DNA from: Lepidodermella squamata
Taxonomy: Eukaryota > Animalia > Gastrotricha
Length of the DNA stretch: 64,000 nt
Assembly (NCBI GenBank): GCA_047495785.1
Contig: JBLDXI010000007.1
Coordinates: 3,596,001 to 3,660,000 of the forward strand
Reading direction: 5' to 3'
The translations under genes were made by a program, and so were the position numbers. The notes below the pieces were generated by a model. That model was not told where the DNA came from, ran no database searches, and saw only the letters and a program-made list of their open reading frames with translations. How positions within the stretch are numbered: the stretch's first letter is position 1; each line of letters opens with the position of its first letter. Of the stretch, positions 59,094 to 64,000 are shown piece after piece.

Positions 59094-60790
59094 CCGAGGT
59101 TCGAGCCAAGCTCACCGAAGCATGATTAAGACATTTCGCCTAAAAATAGGTTTAAAAGACTTGAAATTATTTTGAAAGAAATCTTTCATTAAAAAGATTC
59201 AAATGATGGAGACTGAAACTGAAACCGATTTAATTTGGCCGGTCGGTGCCGATAGAGAAGGCACCCTTTAGCGCTTTTTTTATGAATAGTGACACTGAAT
59301 TTAGTAGAACATGAGTAGCAGTGTCGAAGATGGCGGGGGAGGCTGTCTCGAAGCCTAACCACAGGGGGGACCCTTATGATTTTTTCCTGAGCGATGTAAG
59401 GGGGGACCCTTACCAATATCAACCTTTCGGTAAAATTCAAATCTTCTACACTAGAACTTGGTAATCTCGTCACAAGGTTTTTCATGCCAATAAAAGTATT
59501 TCCGAGGTGAATGAGTGGCACGATATTTCACTAAAGTCGAAGAAAATTGAAGTAAATTTTGGTAAATGAGGAGTAAAGAGTAGCGAAGACGGGCAAATGC
59601 CGTATAATTGAATGCGAGGATCAGCCCACGAGGAGTTGAAAAAATGGGGTAAAGACTAAATATCCTCAGATGTTCCAAGTAGGGTGTTACAAGTCAAGGT
59701 CCCTCATAATCGATTCTGAGTATCTATTTAATTAAGCCAGCTTTAACAGGGCTAACTTGTAGTTCATTTTGTTTTCCTGATAGCTTTTTACAAATGGAGA
59801 TGCCTGAACGTATAGCTTCATTTTCAAGGAAGATTCCTATTCATCTCTATATAATACAGCTATTGTATTTTTTCGCTAGCAACAAAAGTCAATTTTTAGG
59901 TTAAAATATGCAACATCAAGAGAAAATGTGGCTGTTCCGGATACTAGAATGGCGGGGGTCTCAGTTTTTTAGGTGACTGATGCTATGCGTGGCATGGCAG
60001 TCCTCGCAGATAAAACACGGCGGAGTAATCAATCGGCACAGCGCCAGCGCAGGATAAGCGGGCTCGTAATAATAACAATAAATAAGCAGCTTGACTCGCT
60101 GATCACAGCTGCGCGCGTATATGTAGTAGTCTACAACCCATAAATTGGCGTGATTGCGGGATAAGTACGCCGCTGATCCGCCGTTGTTTGCCTGATCATG
60201 CGGCGCCCGCCCGTCATCGTTCGGTGCGTGCTTCATCGCTCGCTCGATCACGCCGAGATTTCGCTATCGGCGCTTTTTTTGCGTGTCAACATAAGCGATG
60301 GCGCCCCCTTGAAAGTGCGTGCATTATTAAACACACTCTCAGCAATCACCTGTTGCCTGCAGCATGCGACTTTATTGCTCGTTAATTATTCAGTGGAAAC
60401 ACGCGTCACACGTCCTATACTTCGACTACGCCGCGATAATATACACGCCCGATGACAGGTTGTTCAAACTCATCATAGTCAAAATATCGCGCTTTAAGGG
60501 TTCTCGAAAACAAGTTGTTGCCAGATTCTTCACTGCAGGAATCGATTTTAGGTGTTTTACTCCGAACTAAAAACTGCAAATATTGGGTCATTAGTCCATG
60601 ACTCACGTACAAATCCCAAGGGAAAAGGGGTAATCCACTCGACGCCTCCTCATTGAATTCCCGAGAGCCATGAATAAGCAATAAGCAAGTAATTAGCTCT
60701 TGCCCATAATATTTCCGTCTCAATTGTTTTAGGGCCTGCTACAGTGCGACTTCGGTCTCGAAATGGCTTAAAATGTCTCTTCCGTACATT

Positions 60791-61598
60791 TCATTCAATA
60801 TATAGTTCTTCATCAATAATTGCTAACAAAATTTTGAAAAATTTCTGCCACGCCGCATCATCAGCCACACTGAATCGATCTTTCAATGATGTTCGAAAAG
60901 TCAGCAAAAAGCAGCTGAACGCATTCTAAATATATGACAGTACAAATTAAGATAAAAATAACGCTCAAAATCTTCTACTAACTTCGTAATCACGTGTTCT
61001 TAATCCGATGCTTGTATGACGTTCGGCATTCGCGAATTCCGAGATAATGCTCCGCAGTGCATCAGGGTTTTCCATTTCGTGAACCATATCGACCAGCGCG
61101 GCGCCTGTCTTAGGGCCTTGAATGTACCGCAGCCATGTATGCTCACCCAAATCGGCTAGTCCCACATTTTCTATCGGCTTGAAGTGCTTCAGGTATTGCG
61201 GATGCCTTGTCAGTAATCTGAAGGATTGAAAAATAATAGAAAAATTGTGCGGATTCATCGGCCAGGTCTCAAAACGCTGATATCAAATCCGAATCCGCAA
61301 ATAAAGTTCCCAATACCTGACTTTTGACCCGCTGAAAGTAATACACAAATCTTTGAACATCAAGAAAAAGCTGCCCATGTCATCACAGTCATCATAACTC
61401 TAACTCAGTTCCAGATAAGGTACGCTGCGAAACTTACGTTTGATAGAACAAAACCTTCAAGGAAATCAATGTTTTTAAGGTTTTAGTAAACATTCCTGAT
61501 CACAATTTTACCATATTATCGGTAGCATTTTCTGCGAACAGTTCTAACGAAGACAGTATAGCTTGTCTTTCCTGCTCTGTCAACGCTATCTTGGCCAT
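60791..61598 (-). CDS. Single-domain globin (157 aa, 4 exons)
   Basis: Exons 61598-61512, 61454-61438, 61217-60983, 60925-60791 in phase; LTEQERQAILSS (A helix), HPQYLKHF (C2 Pro, CD1 Phe), IQG (E7 Gln), ERH (F8 His), AAWQKF (H helix); introns at the B12.2 and G7.0 positions. Confidence 0.85.
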
Positions 61599-61930
61599 GC
61601 CGCTTTAAAGTAAGGCTAAAATGTAGTTATCGGAACTACAAAGTCACGCTGACTTGCCTCAGAGTGAGAAATTACTTTTGAAACCAAGATCGGCCTCTTC
61701 ACTTAGTCTGAAACGAGCTCAAATATTGATTGCTCTCCGCTCTCGACCAGCGGTGAGCGGAAACTGACGTGAGCCGTAGTTGTTTCCCATGTTCAACGGA
61801 AGTAGTGGATTTTGTTTTCGATTATGCTACAATCGGGACTGAGTACCTTTTCCATCTTCATGCGTTTGAAAAATATTCGTGTTTTTTATTTAGTTTTGAT
61901 TTCTTAGCTAGATGAAGTGGTAAAAAGAGG

Positions 61931-64000
61931 TCAGTCCTCGTTGTCGGGGCACAGGCAAACACAGTGACTGCGGTAGAACTTGCCATCAGGCGGCGGCATG
62001 CGGAAGTCGCGAGATTGGCTAGCAAAGTCCGGCCCGGTGCGGAAAACCGGCTCTTGAATGACGGCGCCATATCGCGAGAATGCGTCCTCTTGTTCGTCGT
62101 AAACCATAGCCGGCTGAGTTGGGACGAAAGGAGTGGCAGGCTGATGGCGCTGGTAAGAACGAGCTCGAACTGGAGGCGAGAACCATGGTATCGAAGCGAT
62201 TGAGTTGACCATTATACGCTTATAGCAGAAGCAATTGCAGTTCCTCTGGTACTTCCAGTACGAAAAGTTGACCACAGGCTTCGGTGCAAGCATAGGTTTC
62301 ATACACTAATAAGGAAAATCTTAAAAATATGTATTCATTCACTCGCAACAAACCTCTCTGCCGCAGCCATTGAAACTAGGAACATGAAAAACATGAACAC
62401 CAGAGGAAATCAATTAACAAATTAAGGATAGACGCTACACCCTAGCAACGGTTGCTAAAGGGATGAACTGAATTTACGGAATTTTCATCGGGCACGAGGC
62501 CGAATTGCCATCTGAAGTAGAAAAAACGCCAATCTTAGGGTCCTTGGCAACCGTTGCTATGGTAAAGCGTCGCGTGGCGCCTTGTGGCCATTTTCCACCA
62601 AATTGTCACAAATCACTTACCAGCACAAAGACAGCTCACCCATATTTCGCTGGCATTCGTAGTCCCGTCTGCAGCGTATCGCGCAAGACCCAGACTGGCC
62701 TGGAACAACCGGCGGGCAACGTGGAGCCTGGGCGAACTCATCTGCCCGACCGTTCGCAATAGAAACAACAGGTGGTGGCTGTTTCGCGCAAGTCGGCCCC
62801 ACAGTCCACGCAGCCCCAGTATCAGGGTTCGATTGGCACCGAACATGTGCTGGTCCAACCAGTCTATGCCCGGCCTGGCAGCCGTATTGGACGTAATCGT
62901 TGATCTCAGCATGGGCGCCGTAAAACGTCTGCATAACGATAACAGCTTTGTCTGGGAGTAGCAAATCCTGCCTCGCACAAGTCCAGTAGTTAATGTATAC
63001 TAGACTCGTGGCGCTTGTAGCTAGGGTAGGAATCGCTGATGAAGATCTTCGAATTGAAACCGTGGTCCAATCTGAGGATTGGCTAATGGTAGAGGGCGAA
63101 GTCGAATCTGCGGCGGTTGTTGCCGTAGAAGGAGAAGTCATTCGCTTTGTCGTCCTTCTGAACCTTGTTGACCGCCTGGTTACACGCCGTTTTGTAGTTG
63201 TAGTCGTTGGTTTTGTAGTTGTTGTCCTGAGGCAAAAAATCATAAAAATCCAATTCGATACCAGGTATATTCAAACCGCGTAGTGGTGGTGGTTGTCGGA
63301 GTGGTTGTTGTAGTGGTCGTCGTTGTTGTTGTACTGTTATCAAACAGTTCTGTAGGACATTAACTTGAAGAAGCATTACATCTGCCTTCTCACCTGGCTG
63401 TAGTGGTAGTAGTTGTAGTCGGAATAGTGGTCCTGAGTCAATAAACTATTTCCTTGCACGAAGCTATAGGAGGTTTCAAACTAACGTTGTGGTTGTCGTT
63501 GGGCTAGTCGTAGTCGTCGTAGTCGTAGTCGATGTTGTTGTAGTGCTATACAATCATCACCATCAAATGAGCTTCCTTAGTAATCTAAAATATATAATTA
63601 ATTACCTAAGAGTAGTCGGGGCAGCTGTAGTCCTGGAAGCAAAAAGTCAAAATGATTAGGAAAATTTCAGGCTAAACTTGCGTTGTGACAGCTCTTGTGG
63701 TAGTAGTTGGCATCGTTGTTGTAGTAGTCATCGGATTCGTTGTTGTAGCTGCAGTGGTTGTAGTCGTTGTTGTAGGAGCCGTGGTAGTGGTAGTAGTTGG
63801 TCTGGTCGTTGTGACGGTTGTAGTAGGAATTTCCGTCGTAGTTCGGCGCATCCTACCCGGCCTCGGTGTTTCCATCGCCGTCAAATTCATCAGCTGTTCA
63901 ACGGTAACATTCGCCGATAAAATCGCCTGGAGTAACTCGGAAACGGTGGCGTTATCCATAGCATCAATTGTCACGTTCCATAATTCCGTAAAATTATTAT
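61931..64000 (-). CDS. Mucin-like Thr-rich protein with Sushi/CCP and WAP domains (5' end outside window)
   Basis: Several Thr-repeat exons; Sushi VQYGCQAGHRLVGPAHVRCQ...W...PTC; WAP CPPVVPGQSGSCAIRCRRDYEC...LC | FNGCGRE | CMKP across small exons; Cys-containing C-terminal domain. Confidence 0.78.

Noticed and set aside
59961-60251. Tyr/Cys-rich ORF ending CFICEDCH
   Set aside because: Short, no recognisable family or splice context
61317-61400. Possible alternative globin first exon MGSFFLMFKDLC... (acylation-like) with a phase-2 donor
   Set aside because: Would remove helices A and B; no support without transcripts

Overview
Eukaryotic, almost certainly invertebrate-animal, genomic DNA with short GT-AG introns; no prokaryotic features or CRISPR. 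Left part: 3' exons of a prolyl 4-hydroxylase alpha; an intronless His-box desaturase-like gene with a His-less tandem paralog; two intronless GABA-B-like class C GPCRs with near-identical Venus-flytrap domains but diverged 7TM domains; a secreted MACPF protein with three PCSK9/resistin-like Cys modules; and a broken axonemal dynein heavy-chain relic. One intron of the dynein relic holds an intact antisense 5-exon gene that fuses an L-type-lectin-like domain and a Ser/Thr stalk to a Cys-loop ion channel, the most novel item here. Middle part (about 23.9-51.8 kb): a four-unit tandem array of intact intronless PhyH-type Fe/2OG dioxygenases, each tail-to-tail with a small secreted-protein gene that is intact only in unit 1. 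The array is riddled with transposons (hAT, R2-like, Tigger, MITEs) and contains a complex inverted duplication. Right part: a nAChR-like subunit, a Thr-rich secreted protein, a GH3-domain gene, a single-pass membrane protein, a 4-exon globin that the ORF track fragments, and the 3' part of a mucin-Sushi-WAP gene. All family calls come from motif recognition by eye; no database searches were run.
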